Below, one piece after another: positions 8,902 to 19,407 of a DNA stretch of 64,000 nt (within the stretch, counting starts at the first letter, position 1; the number at the start of each line of letters is the position of its first letter). A program made the position numbers and the translations under genes. The stretch is taken from the NCBI GenBank assembly GCA_016870515.1, contig VGBL01000005.1:67373-131372 (forward strand). Reading direction: 5' to 3'. The notes below the pieces were generated by a model. It worked only from the letters and a program-made list of their open reading frames with translations. It was not told the origin of the DNA and searched no databases. This stretch comes from Actinomycetota bacterium. Its GTDB lineage: Bacteria; Actinomycetota; Actinomycetes; S36-B12.

Positions 8902-8922
8902 ACGCCCGCGAAAAGGACGTGC

Positions 8923-10779
8923 ATGTCGAGTGACGCAAAGGCCGTCGTCCCCCTCGGTCACGTCGTCATCCGATTTGCCGGCGACTCCGGTGACGGCATG
9001 CAGCTGACGGGCGATCGATTCACCTCCGAGACCGCCGGGCTAGGCAACGACCTATCGACGCTGCCCGACTTCCCCGCAGAGATCCGCGCTCCCGCGGGCA
9101 CGCTCCCCGGCGTCTCGGCCTTCCAACTCCACTTTGCTGATCACGACATCATGACTCCTGGCGATCGACCCGACGTGCTGGTCGCCATGAACCCAGCAGC
9201 ACTCAAGGCCAATCTCAAGGACCTGCGTGCAGGCAGCACGCTCATCGTCAACACTGACGAATTCACCAAGCGCAACATCGAGAAGGTCGACTACGCCGCC
9301 AATCCCCTCGACGACGGTTCGCTCGATTCCTACGACGTGCACCAGATCGGCCTGACCTCCATGACCGTCGAGGCCCTGGCTGGCTTCGACATCACCAAGA
9401 AGGATGCCGGGCGAGCGAAGAACATGTTTGCCCTCGGCCTGCTGTGCTGGCTCTACAGCCGCTCGACCGAGGGCACGATCGACTTCCTTAAGGCCAAGTT
9501 CGCCAAGAAGCCGGAGATCCTGGCCGCCAACATCGCTGCCTTCGAGGCCGGGTGGTCGTTCGGCGAGACCACCGAGTCCTTCTCCGTGCGCTACGAGGTC
9601 AAGCCCGCGCCGATGCGCGCCGGCCTCTACCGCAACATCACCGGCAATCCCGCGCTCGCCTACGGCCTCATCGCCGCATCGCAGCAATCGGGGCTGCCAC
9701 TCTTCCTCGGCTCCTACCCCATAACGCCCGCGTCAGACATCCTTCATGAGCTGAGCAAGCACAAGAACTTCGGCGTCGTCACCTTCCAGGCCGAAGACGA
9801 GATAGCCGGCATCGGCGCGGCGCTGGGTGCGGCTTACGGTGGCGCGCTTGCCGTGACGGCCACGTCGGGTCCGGGTATCGCGCTGAAGTCCGAGACCATC
9901 GGCCTGGCCGTCTCGCTCGAGCTGCCGCTCATCGTCGTCGACGTCCAGCGAGGCGGGCCATCCACGGGCCTGCCGACCAAGACCGAGCAGGCTGATCTGC
10001 TGCAGGCGATGTTCGGTCGCAACGGTGAGGCTCCCGTGCCGATCGTGGCCCCGCGCTCCCCCGGCGATTGCTTCGATGCCGCCCTCGAGGCCGCTCGGAT
10101 CGCCGTGACCTATCGCACGCCCGTGCTCCTGCTCTCCGATGGCTACCTCGCCAACGGATCCGAGCCCTGGGCCGTGCCCGATGCCACGACGCTGCCGGTG
10201 ATCGAGCCTGCCTTCGCGACGGAGCCAAATCACGACGGCGAGTTCTGGCCCTATCTGCGCGATCCGGAGACGCTCGCCCGCCCGTGGGCGGTCCCGGGCA
10301 CGGCGGGCCTGGAGCACCGAATCGGCGGACTGGAAAAGGCCGATGGCACGGGCAACATCTCCTACGACCCCGACAACCACGAACACATGGTCCGACTGCG
10401 TCAGGCCAAGGTCGACGCCATCGCACGCAGCATCGGACCACTCGAGGTCGACGATCCATCGGGTGAGGCCCGCGTCCTGGTCCTCGGGTGGGGCTCCACC
10501 TACGGTCCGATCGGTGCCGCCTGCCGCGCCGTGCGGGCCGAGGGTGGCCAGGTCGCCCATGCGCACCTGCGTCACCTCAACCCCTTCCCGGCCAACACCG
10601 CCGAGGTGCTCCGCGCGTACGACCGGGTGATCATCCCGGAGATGAACCTCGGCCAGCTTGCCCTGCTGATCCGCGGGCGGTTCCTCGTCGACGCGATCGG
10701 CTACAACCAGGTGCGAGGAATGCCGTTCACCTCCGAGGAGCTGGCCACCACGATCACCGATGTCATCGAGAGTCTGTGA
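8923..10779 (+). CDS. korA: 2-oxoglutarate:ferredoxin oxidoreductase subunit alpha
   Basis: 618 aa with [14 protein letters not shown] at the N-terminus. It has two-subunit OFOR architecture with korB immediately downstream. ORF trimmed to ATG 8923. Confidence 0.85.
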   Translation: MSSDAKAVVPLGHVVIRFAGDSGDGMQLTGDRFTSETAGLGNDLSTLPDFPAEIRAPAGTLPGVSAFQLHFADHDIMTPGDRPDVLVAMNPAALKANLKDLRAGSTLIVNTDEFTKRNIEKVDYAANPLDDGSLDSYDVHQIGLTSMTVEALAGFDITKKDAGRAKNMFALGLLCWLYSRSTEGTIDFLKAKFAKKPEILAANIAAFEAGWSFGETTESFSVRYEVKPAPMRAGLYRNITGNPALAYGLIAASQQSGLPLFLGSYPITPASDILHELSKHKNFGVVTFQAEDEIAGIGAALGAAYGGALAVTATSGPGIALKSETIGLAVSLELPLIVVDVQRGGPSTGLPTKTEQADLLQAMFGRNGEAPVPIVAPRSPGDCFDAALEAARIAVTYRTPVLLLSDGYLANGSEPWAVPDATTLPVIEPAFATEPNHDGEFWPYLRDPETLARPWAVPGTAGLEHRIGGLEKADGTGNISYDPDNHEHMVRLRQAKVDAIARSIGPLEVDDPSGEARVLVLGWGSTYGPIGAACRAVRAEGGQVAHAHLRHLNPFPANTAEVLRAYDRVIIPEMNLGQLALLIRGRFLVDAIGYNQVRGMPFTSEELATTITDVIESL

Positions 10780-10786
10780 GGGACCC

Positions 10787-11845
10787 GTGACCGCCGCCGA
10801 CCTGCCCATGCCCGGCCTCGCGCTCGTGCCTCGCACCGACGAGAAGCAAAGTGCCAAGGACTTCAAGACCGATCAGGAGGTGCGCTGGTGCCCCGGCTGT
10901 GGCGACTACGCCATCCTCGCGGCAGTGCAGGGCTTTCTGCCCGAGTTGGGACTGCGCAAGGAGAACATCGTGTTCGTCTCGGGCATTGGATGCTCCTCGC
11001 GCTTCCCCTACTACATGGACACCTTCGGCATGCACTCGATTCACGGGCGCGCTCCGGCGATCGCGACGGGCCTCGCGCTCACGCGGCCTGACCTGTCGGT
11101 GTGGGTGATCACCGGCGATGGCGACGCCCTGTCGATCGGCGGCAACCACCTCATCCACGCGCTTCGTCGCAACGTAAATCTCAAGATCCTGCTGTTCAAC
11201 AACCGCATTTACGGCCTGACCAAGGGTCAGTACTCCCCCACGTCGGAGACCGGCAAGGTGACCAAGTCCACGCCGCTCGGCTCCCTCGACCACTCGTTCA
11301 ACCCGGTGTCCTTGGCACTCGGGGCCGAGGCATCCTTCGTCGCCCGCACCATGGACTCCGACCGCAAGCATCTAACCGAGGTTCTGCGCCGGGCCGCCGC
11401 ACATGAGGGCACCGCGCTCGTGGAGATCATGCAGAACTGCAACATCTTCAACGATGGTGCGTGGGAGTCTCTCAAGGACTCCGAGACGAGCGACGACCGG
11501 ATGATCCGACTCGAAGATGGCCAGCCCGTGGTCTTCGGCAAGGACGCCTCTAAGGCCGTCGTCCGCGGGGCCGACGGGCACATCGTGGTAGCCAACACCG
11601 CTGACGTCGATGACTGGGAGATCATCCACTACGACTCGCATGCCGACGACCCGGGGCTTGCGTTCGCGCTATCGCGACTGGCAGATGTCCATTCCCTCGA
11701 CAACACCGCTGTCGGCGTCTTCCGCGACGTGCAGCGCCCCGCGTATGACCGCATGGTTCGCGAACAGGTGGCTTCGGTGCGCGCCAACGGCGAAGGCGAC
11801 CTCCAAGCCCTGCTTCAGGGCAAGGACACCTGGACAGTCCACTGA
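10787..11845 (+). CDS. korB: 2-oxoglutarate:ferredoxin oxidoreductase subunit beta
   Basis: Carries the WCPGCGDYAIL cysteine motif and ThDP-binding GDGDALSIGGNH. GTG 10787 is preceded by GAGGGA. Confidence 0.85.
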   Translation: MTAADLPMPGLALVPRTDEKQSAKDFKTDQEVRWCPGCGDYAILAAVQGFLPELGLRKENIVFVSGIGCSSRFPYYMDTFGMHSIHGRAPAIATGLALTRPDLSVWVITGDGDALSIGGNHLIHALRRNVNLKILLFNNRIYGLTKGQYSPTSETGKVTKSTPLGSLDHSFNPVSLALGAEASFVARTMDSDRKHLTEVLRRAAAHEGTALVEIMQNCNIFNDGAWESLKDSETSDDRMIRLEDGQPVVFGKDASKAVVRGADGHIVVANTADVDDWEIIHYDSHADDPGLAFALSRLADVHSLDNTAVGVFRDVQRPAYDRMVREQVASVRANGEGDLQALLQGKDTWTVH

Positions 11846-12771
11846 CCGACCAGCCGCGTTCTGATCTCACCTCTGGCTTCCTCTACGCACTCGCGGCCCA
11901 CGGGCTGTGGGGGCTGTTCCCCCTCTATTTCTCCCTCTTCGACTCCGTCTCGCCCCTCGAGGTCGTCGCCTATCGCATCATCTGGTCGCTGGCGTTCTGC
12001 GTGCTGCTCCTGGCGATCACGCGCAGCCTCGGGAGCGTTCGCGAGGTCGTTCGCACGCCTCGCCGCCTAGGCCTGCTCACGGGCGCAGCCGTCGCCATCA
12101 CCATCAACTGGACGACCTACGTCTACTCGGTGTCGACCAACCAGGTGGTCGAGGCGGCGCTCGGCTACTTCATCAATCCCCTCGTGACTGTCGCGCTCGG
12201 CGTCGTCGTCCTCCGCGAGCGCCTGCGGCCCTGGCAGTGGATCGCCATTGCCATCGCGACGGTGGGTGTTGTCACCATCGGCATCGGCGAAGCCGCTGCC
12301 CCCTGGCTGGGGCTCGTGCTCGCCTTCTCCTTCGGGGCCTACGGACTGCTCAAGAAGATGGCGAAGGTCGACGCCATCCCGAGCCTGACTATCGAGACCG
12401 CGGTGCTGGTGCCCTTCGCCTTTGTCGTCCTCGTCCTCATCGAGTCGGGGGGCAGCGCCGCGATCGCGAGCCAGGGCTGGGGCATGGGCGCCCTGCTCGC
12501 CTTCCTCGGGCCGGTGACCGCCGTCCCCCTGCTGGCCTACGCCGCCGCCGCTAACCGACTGCCCCTTGCCGTCCTCGGCATCCTGCAGTACTTCACGCCG
12601 ACGGTGATTTTCCTCCTTGGGATCACCGTCTTCGGCGACACCGTTAACACCCTCGAGTGGATCGGTTTCACCTTTATCTGGTTTGCGCTCGCGGTGTTCT
12701 CGACGGATGCGTGGCGTCAAGCGCGACACGCTAACCGCGCCGACTCCCTCGAGGTCGCCGAGCAGGCCTAG
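11842..12771 (+). CDS. rarD: EamA-family transporter RarD (start codon unresolved)
   Basis: GFLYALAAHGLWGLFPLYF...VAYRIIWS is the conserved RarD TM1 region. It lies upstream of the first ATG/GTG/TTG (12001). The only in-frame candidates after the stop at 11746 are CTG 11830 and CTG 11842, and CTG 11842 overlaps the korB TGA. Confidence 0.7.
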   Translation: MTDQPRSDLTSGFLYALAAHGLWGLFPLYFSLFDSVSPLEVVAYRIIWSLAFCVLLLAITRSLGSVREVVRTPRRLGLLTGAAVAITINWTTYVYSVSTNQVVEAALGYFINPLVTVALGVVVLRERLRPWQWIAIAIATVGVVTIGIGEAAAPWLGLVLAFSFGAYGLLKKMAKVDAIPSLTIETAVLVPFAFVVLVLIESGGSAAIASQGWGMGALLAFLGPVTAVPLLAYAAAANRLPLAVLGILQYFTPTVIFLLGITVFGDTVNTLEWIGFTFIWFALAVFSTDAWRQARHANRADSLEVAEQA

Positions 12772-12943
12772 AGGCCAGCGCGTCGCGCTCGATCAAGGAT
12801 CTCGGCGCGAGCGCGAGGTCGAGCGCCACTACCGTGACGCTGGCGTGCTGGCCATTGGCGGGGTTCGACCGAGGTGATCACCGACCTCGTCGCCCGCCTG
12901 CTCGACTACTAGCTGCCGCCACTCCTACCCCGCGCCAATCGCT

Positions 12944-13000
12944 GAGTGTGCACTTACGCGCACGCCGTCCCTCTATGAGCGCGTCCGCAAGTGCACACTC
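12944..13000. repeat. perfect 12-bp inverted repeat with nested 6-bp stem (hairpin or palindromic site)
   Basis: GAGTGTGCACTT (12944-12955) pairs with AAGTGCACACTC (12989-13000). Inside it, ACGCGC pairs with GCGCGT. It lies between the convergent 3' ends of rarD and the polyprenyl synthase gene. Confidence 0.7.
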
Positions 13001-13026
13001 GACGAAACGTTGGGTGGTGGCGGGGG

Positions 13027-14025
13027 TCAACCGGTGCGGGTGACGACGTAATCGCAGAGCACCTCGAGCGCCTGGCGCGGCGGGCCGTCGGGCAGGTCGG
13101 CCAGCGTGGTGCGCGCCTCGTCGGCCCACCGCCGCGCCTGGCTCCGCGCCTGCGTCAAGGCCGGGTGCTGCCGCAGCGCGGCCAGGGCCTCGGCGTGGTC
13201 GGCATCATCGGGCAGCGGTCGACCGAGCAGGTCGCGCAGGCGGGGATCGGCGTCGGAGAGCGCGATAAGCGCGGTCAGCGTGGGCACGCCTTCGCGCAGA
13301 TCGGTGCCGGGGGTCTTGCCGGAGTCACTGCTGTCGCTGGCGATGTCGACGATGTCGTCGGCCAACTGGAAGGCGACGCCGATCTTCTCGCCGAAGACGG
13401 TCATAGTCTCAACCACCCGCGGATCGGCACCCGACATCATCGCGCCGAAGCGACCCGACGTGGCGATGAGCGAACCCGTCTTGTCGGCTAGCACGCGCAG
13501 GTGGTGCTCGACAGGGTTGGCATCGGCATCCGGACCCACGGTCTCGCGGATCTGGCCGGTGCACAGTCGCTCGAAGGTGCGCGCCTGGATGCGCACCGCC
13601 TCGGGTCCGAGATCGGCGAGGACATCGGATGCCTTGGCGAAGAGGAAGTCACCGGTGAGGATGGCGACGGTGTTGTCCCAGCGGGCATTGGCGGACGCCG
13701 CCCCCCGTCGCAGGTCTGCTTCGTCCATGACGTCGTCGTGGTACAGGGTCGCGAGGTGCGTGAGCTCGACGACGACGGCCGAGGGCACGACACCGGGAGC
13801 CTCTGGATCGCCGAACTGCGCCGCGAGAAGGACCAGCAGCGGGCGAAACCTCTTGCCCCCGGCCTGGACGAGGTGCCGCGATGCCTCGGTGACGAAGGGG
13901 TAGTCGCTGCGGACAGCATCGCGCAGGGCGACTTCGACGGAGGCCATGCCAGCGACGAGCCGGGCCTCGAGGTCCTGATCAAGGACGCCGAGGCCGAGCA
14001 CTGATCCAGCGGGCCGGGGACTCAT
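13027..14025 (-). CDS. polyprenyl diphosphate synthase (menaquinone side chain)
   Basis: Two aspartate-rich motifs, LYHDDVMDEADLRRG and FQLADDIVD. ATG 14025 has GGAG 7 nt upstream. Confidence 0.88.
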   Translation of the reverse strand: MSPRPAGSVLGLGVLDQDLEARLVAGMASVEVALRDAVRSDYPFVTEASRHLVQAGGKRFRPLLVLLAAQFGDPEAPGVVPSAVVVELTHLATLYHDDVMDEADLRRGAASANARWDNTVAILTGDFLFAKASDVLADLGPEAVRIQARTFERLCTGQIRETVGPDADANPVEHHLRVLADKTGSLIATSGRFGAMMSGADPRVVETMTVFGEKIGVAFQLADDIVDIASDSSDSGKTPGTDLREGVPTLTALIALSDADPRLRDLLGRPLPDDADHAEALAALRQHPALTQARSQARRWADEARTTLADLPDGPPRQALEVLCDYVVTRTG

Positions 14026-14035
14026 GGCCACTCCA

Positions 14036-15577
14036 CTATCGCAGGAATACACCAGCCTGCTCGATGAGGTTGATGACCGGCTCCGGAAGGACGCCGAGGA
14101 TGACGGTCACGGCCGCCGAGACGGCCAGGGCGAGGGTCGTGGTCGCCGATGGCACGGCGGCGGCGGGCGAACCCTCGACAGGCTCCCGGAAGAACATGAT
14201 GACCACGACGCGGATGTAGAAGAAGGCGGCCATGACGCTGGCAATGACGCCGACGATGACCAGGCCGAGGTTGTCGACGGCCAGGGCCGACTCGAACACG
14301 AGGAACTTGGCGATGAATCCACTGGTCAGCGGGAAGCTGGCCAACGCAAACATGAAGATGCCGAACGAGACGGCAACCAGCGGCGACCGCTTGCCCAGCC
14401 CCGCCCACTGATCGAGCCGGGTCATCTCGCCGCCGGCATCGCGGACCATCGCGATGATGGCGAAGATCCCGATCGTGGTGAAGCCGTAGGCGACCAGGTA
14501 GAAGATCGACGCGTACAGGCCCTCGGCGGTGGCCGTCGAGACGCCGATGAGGATGAAGCCGGCCTGGGCGATGGAGGAGTAGGCGATCATCCGCTTCATA
14601 TCGGTCTGCGCGATGGCCACTACAGACCCGAAGAGCATGGTCAGGCCCGCGATGATCCACAGCAGCGGCTCCCACTCCCAGCGAACACCGCCCAGGGCGA
14701 CGTACATGACGCGCAAGAGTGCGCCGAACGCGGTGACCTTGACGGCCGCGGCCATGAATGCCGTCACCGGGGCGGGCGAGCCCTGATAGACGTCGGGCAC
14801 CCAGGCATGGAATGGCACCGCGCCGATCTTGAACAGCAGGCCGACCGACAGCAGCGCCACGCCCCCCACAACGAGCGCGGTCTGGCCGGGCTCGGCGGCA
14901 AGGGCATCGGCAATGACGGAGAACTCTACGCTGCCGGAGTAGCCGTAGAGAAGGGCGATACCGAAGAGCAGGAACGCCGACGAGAAAGCTCCGAGGATGA
15001 AGTACTTGAGCGCGGCCTCCTGCGAGAGGAGGCGACGGCGGCGCGACATGCCCGCCATGAGGTAGAGCGGAAGCGACATGATCTCGAGGGCGATGAAGAG
15101 AACGAGGAGATTGGACGCCGTGACGAACAGCATCATCCCGAAGACGGAGAAGAGGAAAAGCGGCCAGATTTCGGTCTGGAAGTAGCCGCGCGTGGTGAGC
15201 TCGCGCTCATCGTCGGATCCGGGGAGCGCGGATGCGCGCGGCGCAAAGGCGTCACCAGCCGGATCGAGTTGACGCTCGGACATGAGCAGCGCCACGAGGA
15301 TGGCGAGCAGGAGGATCAGGCCCATGAAGAGGATGCCGGGCCCGTCGATGGCGATCGCTCCCTCGGCCTGCAGACCCAAGGTGGTGCGGTTGACGACGAG
15401 GACGCCGAACGCTCCGATAAGCGATCCGAAGGCGAGCACGAGTTGGATGGGACGTCGACCATTACGGCCGACGAACGCTTCGACGATCACGCCGATTACC
15501 CCCGCGGCTCCGACGATGATGTAGGGCAGCAGGGCGATGTAGTCAATGCTCGGTGCCGTCATCACTTCCGGGTTCAC
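14036..15577 (-). CDS. nuoN: NADH-quinone oxidoreductase subunit N
   Basis: Polytopic antiporter-like protein and last gene of the nuo operon. GTG 15577 overlaps the nuoM stop (GTGA). Alternative ATG at 15562. Confidence 0.9.
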   Translation of the reverse strand: MNPEVMTAPSIDYIALLPYIIVGAAGVIGVIVEAFVGRNGRRPIQLVLAFGSLIGAFGVLVVNRTTLGLQAEGAIAIDGPGILFMGLILLLAILVALLMSERQLDPAGDAFAPRASALPGSDDERELTTRGYFQTEIWPLFLFSVFGMMLFVTASNLLVLFIALEIMSLPLYLMAGMSRRRRLLSQEAALKYFILGAFSSAFLLFGIALLYGYSGSVEFSVIADALAAEPGQTALVVGGVALLSVGLLFKIGAVPFHAWVPDVYQGSPAPVTAFMAAAVKVTAFGALLRVMYVALGGVRWEWEPLLWIIAGLTMLFGSVVAIAQTDMKRMIAYSSIAQAGFILIGVSTATAEGLYASIFYLVAYGFTTIGIFAIIAMVRDAGGEMTRLDQWAGLGKRSPLVAVSFGIFMFALASFPLTSGFIAKFLVFESALAVDNLGLVIVGVIASVMAAFFYIRVVVIMFFREPVEGSPAAAVPSATTTLALAVSAAVTVILGVLPEPVINLIEQAGVFLR

Positions 15578-17118
15578 TGCTCACCCCCTTGCACGATCGG
15601 AGGTATGACCGGCGGCGGATCGGAAATGCCGACGACCTCGAGGGTGCGCTCGACCGCGGGGTTGACGACGTTGAGCACGCCCGCCGGTAAGACACCAAGG
15701 AGGATCGTCAGGAAGACGATGGGGGCCAGGGCGGTGATCTCACGACCGCGCAGGTCGGTCATGCCCTCGACAGCCGGCGACGTCGGGCCGGTGGCAACCT
15801 TCTGGTAGAGCTTCAGCGCGTATGCCGCGGTGATGACGATGCCGAGCGCGGCAATGACACCGACGGTGATGTTGCGGGCGAATGTGCCCAGCAGCACCAG
15901 GAACTCGCCGATGAAACTGGCCAGGCCAGGCAGCGCCAGCGACGACAGTGCAGCGAAGAGGAAGAAGCCCGCGAGGACCGGCGCCACCTTGTTGACCCCG
16001 CTGTAGGTCGAGATGAGGCTCGATCCCCCCGCGCGCATCATGAGGAAGCCCGCGGTCAGGAACAGCGAAGCCGTGGAGAGTCCGTGAGCGAGCATGTAGA
16101 GCGTCGAGCCGGTCATGCCCCATGACGTGAACACGAAGATGCCGAGGGCAATGAAGCCGAAGTGCGACATGGAGCTGTAGGCAAACAGTCGCTTCATGTC
16201 CTTCTGGCCGAAGGCCACCAGCGCGCCATAGAGGATCCCAATCACCGCGAGTGCAACGACGAGGGGGGCGTAGAAATCTGATGCCGCCGGGAAGATCGGG
16301 AGAAGGTAGCGGATCATGCCGAAGGTACCGACCTTGTCGAGCACGCCGATGAGCAGGACTGCCGTCGCCGGGGTCGACTCCTTGGCTGCATCGGGCAGCC
16401 ACGTGTGGAACGGCCACAGCGGAGCCTTGATGGCGAACGCGATGAAGAATCCCAGGAAAAGGATCTTCTGCGTGTTGGGGTCGACGTCGAGCCCGACCAG
16501 TGCAGCGAAGTCGAAGGTGCCCTGGCCGAGTTGCTGCGCCGACACGACGTACAGGCCGATGAGGGCAGCGAGCATCAGCAGCCCGCCGACGAGGCTGTAG
16601 ACGAGGAACTTGACCGCGGCATACCTGCGGTCAGCTCCGCCGTAGCGCCCGATCAGGAAGTAGATCGGGATCAGCATGACCTCGAAGAGGACGAAGAAGA
16701 GGAAGACGTCGGTGGCTGAGAACACACCGATCATGAGGGTCTCGAGCACAAGAATGAGTGCGAAGTAGCCCTTGATGCTGCGTCCACCCGGCGCGACGTC
16801 GTTCCAGCCAGCCAGGATCACGACGGGCACGAGCGTGGCCGACAGGGCGACCAGGACCAGCCCGATACCGTCGACGCCGACGGCGTAGGAGATGCCCAGG
16901 GCCGGAATCCACGGGTAGCTTTCGACGAATTGGAAGGGCGCCGTCGAGTCGGCCTGGAACTGAAGGCCCATCACGACCGTGAGCACGAGGGTGAGCAGTG
17001 AGAAGCCGAGGGCGACCTGCTTGGGCAGGACGTCGCGATCGCGAGGCAGCAGCATGAGAACGATCGCACCCAGCAGGGGGATGACCATGAGCACCGTGAG
17101 CCAAGGCAGCGATGTCAT
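15574..17118 (-). CDS. nuoM: NADH-quinone oxidoreductase subunit M
   Basis: 514-aa antiporter-like subunit. ATGA overlap with the nuoL stop. Confidence 0.92.
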   Translation of the reverse strand: MTSLPWLTVLMVIPLLGAIVLMLLPRDRDVLPKQVALGFSLLTLVLTVVMGLQFQADSTAPFQFVESYPWIPALGISYAVGVDGIGLVLVALSATLVPVVILAGWNDVAPGGRSIKGYFALILVLETLMIGVFSATDVFLFFVLFEVMLIPIYFLIGRYGGADRRYAAVKFLVYSLVGGLLMLAALIGLYVVSAQQLGQGTFDFAALVGLDVDPNTQKILFLGFFIAFAIKAPLWPFHTWLPDAAKESTPATAVLLIGVLDKVGTFGMIRYLLPIFPAASDFYAPLVVALAVIGILYGALVAFGQKDMKRLFAYSSMSHFGFIALGIFVFTSWGMTGSTLYMLAHGLSTASLFLTAGFLMMRAGGSSLISTYSGVNKVAPVLAGFFLFAALSSLALPGLASFIGEFLVLLGTFARNITVGVIAALGIVITAAYALKLYQKVATGPTSPAVEGMTDLRGREITALAPIVFLTILLGVLPAGVLNVVNPAVERTLEVVGISDPPPVIPPIVQGGEQ

Positions 17119-19052
17119 GGCAGTCTTGCCAGGTAGAGGATCACCAGGACCATGACCGCGCCGCCCACCATGAGGAGGGCGTAGGAACGCGCGAATCCGC
17201 TCTGCAGTCTGCGCAGGCGCGCTCCAAGTCCACCAACCAGGCGCGCGCTCCCCTCGACGGTGCCGTCGATGATGCGCTCGTCGACGAAGATCGATCCATC
17301 AGACAGGACGTAGGTGGGCTTCACCACGAGCGCTTCGTTGATGGCATCATCGTAGAGACTGTTGCGCGCAGCCACGGTGAGGAGGTTGCCCTTGGGGGCC
17401 AGCACCGGAACCTCCCTGCGGTATCTGGCGATGGCGATGGAGACGCCGATCAGCACGATGAGGAGAGTGATGCCCTCGAGCACGATGGTGGGGATCGCGA
17501 GCGGCTTCTCCTCGATGCCGGTGACCGGCTCGAGCCAGCTCTCGATATTGCCCCAGTAGAGCAGCGCGGCACCGGTGACGACGGAGCCGATGCCCAGGAT
17601 GATCAGCGGGATCGTCATGACCGGCTTGGACTCATGCGGGTGCGCATCGTCGGGCCAGCGCGGCTTGCCGAAGAAGGTCATGATCACCATGCGGGTCATG
17701 TAGAAGCCGGTGATGCCGGCCGCGAGCACGCCGCAGATGCCGATGATGATGTTTTGCTCAAAGGCCGCGTGGATGATGTCGTCCTTCGAGAAGAAGCCGG
17801 AGAAGGGTGGGATGCCGATGATCGCGAGGTAGCCGCACATGAACGTGATCCAGGTGATCACCATGACCGAGCGCAGCGCACCGTAGCGGCGCATTTCCTG
17901 CTCGCCGTGCATGCCGTGGATGACTGAGCCGGCGCCGAGGAAGAGGTTGGCCTTGAAGACACCGTGCGTCAGCAGGTGGAAGATGGCGAAGACGTAGCCG
18001 ATGGGGCCGAGGCCGGCCGCCATAACCATGTAGCCGATCTGGCTCATGGTCGATCCGGCCAGTGACTTCTTGATGTCGTCCTTCGCCGAGCCGATGATCG
18101 CGCCGAGGAACATCGTGATGATGCCGATGATCACCACGGTGGTGAGGGCGAACGCCGTGCCGTCGTAGATCGGGTTGCTGCGTACGATGAGGTAGACGCC
18201 CGCGGTCACCATCGTGGCAGCGTGGATCAGGGCCGAGACGGGAGTCGGGCCCTCCATCGCGTCGAGGAGCCACGCCTGGAGGGGGAACTGCGCCGACTTG
18301 CCGCAGGCGGCGAGCAGCAGCAGGAGGCCGATCCAGGTGAGGGTGGACTCGTTGGCTTCGCCGGCCGCGGCGAAGACGGAGTCGAAGGTGACCGTGCCGA
18401 AGGTGATGAAGATGAGCATGATGGCCAGGCTCAGGCCCACATCGCCGACGCGGTTCATGATGAAGGCCTTCTTGGCAGCGGCAGCAGCGCTCGGCTTGAA
18501 CTGCCAGAAGCCGATCAGCAGGTAGGAGGCGAGACCGACGCCCTCCCAGCCGACGTAGAGCAGAAGGTAGTTGTCGGCGAGCACCAAAAGCAGCATCGCC
18601 GCGATGAAGAGATTGAGGAAGCCGAAGAACTTGCGCCGGTCGGGATCGTCCTCCATGTAGCCCAGGGAGTAGACGTGAATAAGTGCGCCGACGATGGTGA
18701 TGAGGAGGACAAAGACCATCGACAACTGGTCGAGTTGCAGGGCCGCGGGCACGGTGAAACCGCCCACGAACACCCACTCGAAGAGCGTCTGGCCGACGGC
18801 CCGGTCGTCGGCCGGCAGGCCCAGGAGGCTGACGACCAGGACGATGGCGAAGACCGCGGCGAGGCTGACGGTCAGCACGCCGAGATAGGGACCCCAGCGA
18901 TTGGTGCGACGCCCCCCGACGAGCAGGACGGCCGCGCCGAGCAGGGGCAGGGCGATGAGGAGCCACAGGTAGGCGAACACGCCCGTCGCCGCTGCCAGCG
19001 GCTCCAGGCTCGGCGCGCCCTCAGAGAGGACGACAGCGCCGTTGCCGATCAC
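17115..19052 (-). CDS. nuoL: NADH-quinone oxidoreductase subunit L
   Basis: Antiporter-like subunit with a long C-terminal region. GTG 19052 is preceded by GAAGGAGG-cgcc. Alternative ATG at 19103. Confidence 0.9.
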   Translation of the reverse strand: MIGNGAVVLSEGAPSLEPLAAATGVFAYLWLLIALPLLGAAVLLVGGRRTNRWGPYLGVLTVSLAAVFAIVLVVSLLGLPADDRAVGQTLFEWVFVGGFTVPAALQLDQLSMVFVLLITIVGALIHVYSLGYMEDDPDRRKFFGFLNLFIAAMLLLVLADNYLLLYVGWEGVGLASYLLIGFWQFKPSAAAAAKKAFIMNRVGDVGLSLAIMLIFITFGTVTFDSVFAAAGEANESTLTWIGLLLLLAACGKSAQFPLQAWLLDAMEGPTPVSALIHAATMVTAGVYLIVRSNPIYDGTAFALTTVVIIGIITMFLGAIIGSAKDDIKKSLAGSTMSQIGYMVMAAGLGPIGYVFAIFHLLTHGVFKANLFLGAGSVIHGMHGEQEMRRYGALRSVMVITWITFMCGYLAIIGIPPFSGFFSKDDIIHAAFEQNIIIGICGVLAAGITGFYMTRMVIMTFFGKPRWPDDAHPHESKPVMTIPLIILGIGSVVTGAALLYWGNIESWLEPVTGIEEKPLAIPTIVLEGITLLIVLIGVSIAIARYRREVPVLAPKGNLLTVAARNSLYDDAINEALVVKPTYVLSDGSIFVDERIIDGTVEGSARLVGGLGARLRRLQSGFARSYALLMVGGAVMVLVILYLARLP

Positions 19053-19107
19053 GGCGCCTCCTTCTCCTCGGTGTTCCCCGAGTTGGCCCGGCAAGCCGGG
19101 CATGCGG

Positions 19108-19407
19108 TCAGTACTTCAGCAGGTTGGGCTCATCGATCGAGGCGGAGCGCCGCGAACGATAGACGGTCACGATGATGGCGAGTCCTACGACGACCTCCGC
19201 CGCTGCGACGACCATGACGAAGAAGGCGATCACCTGTCCGTCGAGATTGCCATTCATGCGAGCGAAGGCGACAAAGGCGAGATTGGTGGCATTGAGCATG
19301 AGTTCGACCGACATGAAGACCACGATCGCGTTGCGCCGTACGAGCACACCGATCGCGCCGAGCGTAAACAGCACGCAGGCGAGGATGATGTAGTTGTCCA
19401 CGCTCAT
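19108..19407 (-). CDS. nuoK: NADH-quinone oxidoreductase subunit K
   Basis: 99 aa, [26 protein letters not shown]... with three TMs. ATGA overlap with the nuoJ stop. The rest of track ORF 19108..19713 is a spurious extension. Confidence 0.92.
   Translation of the reverse strand: MSVDNYIILACVLFTLGAIGVLVRRNAIVVFMSVELMLNATNLAFVAFARMNGNLDGQVIAFFVMVVAAAEVVVGLAIIVTVYRSRRSASIDEPNLLKY

Noticed and set aside
14024-15808. 594-aa plus-strand ORF covering nuoN/nuoM
   Set aside because: It is antisense to genes with unmistakable NuoN/NuoM sequence. Its product is Asp/Glu/Arg/Gly-rich low complexity, typical of the mirror frame in very GC-rich DNA. The same applies to 17112..17927, 18222..19175, 20709..21668, 23462..24643, 26875..27960 and 40787..42061.
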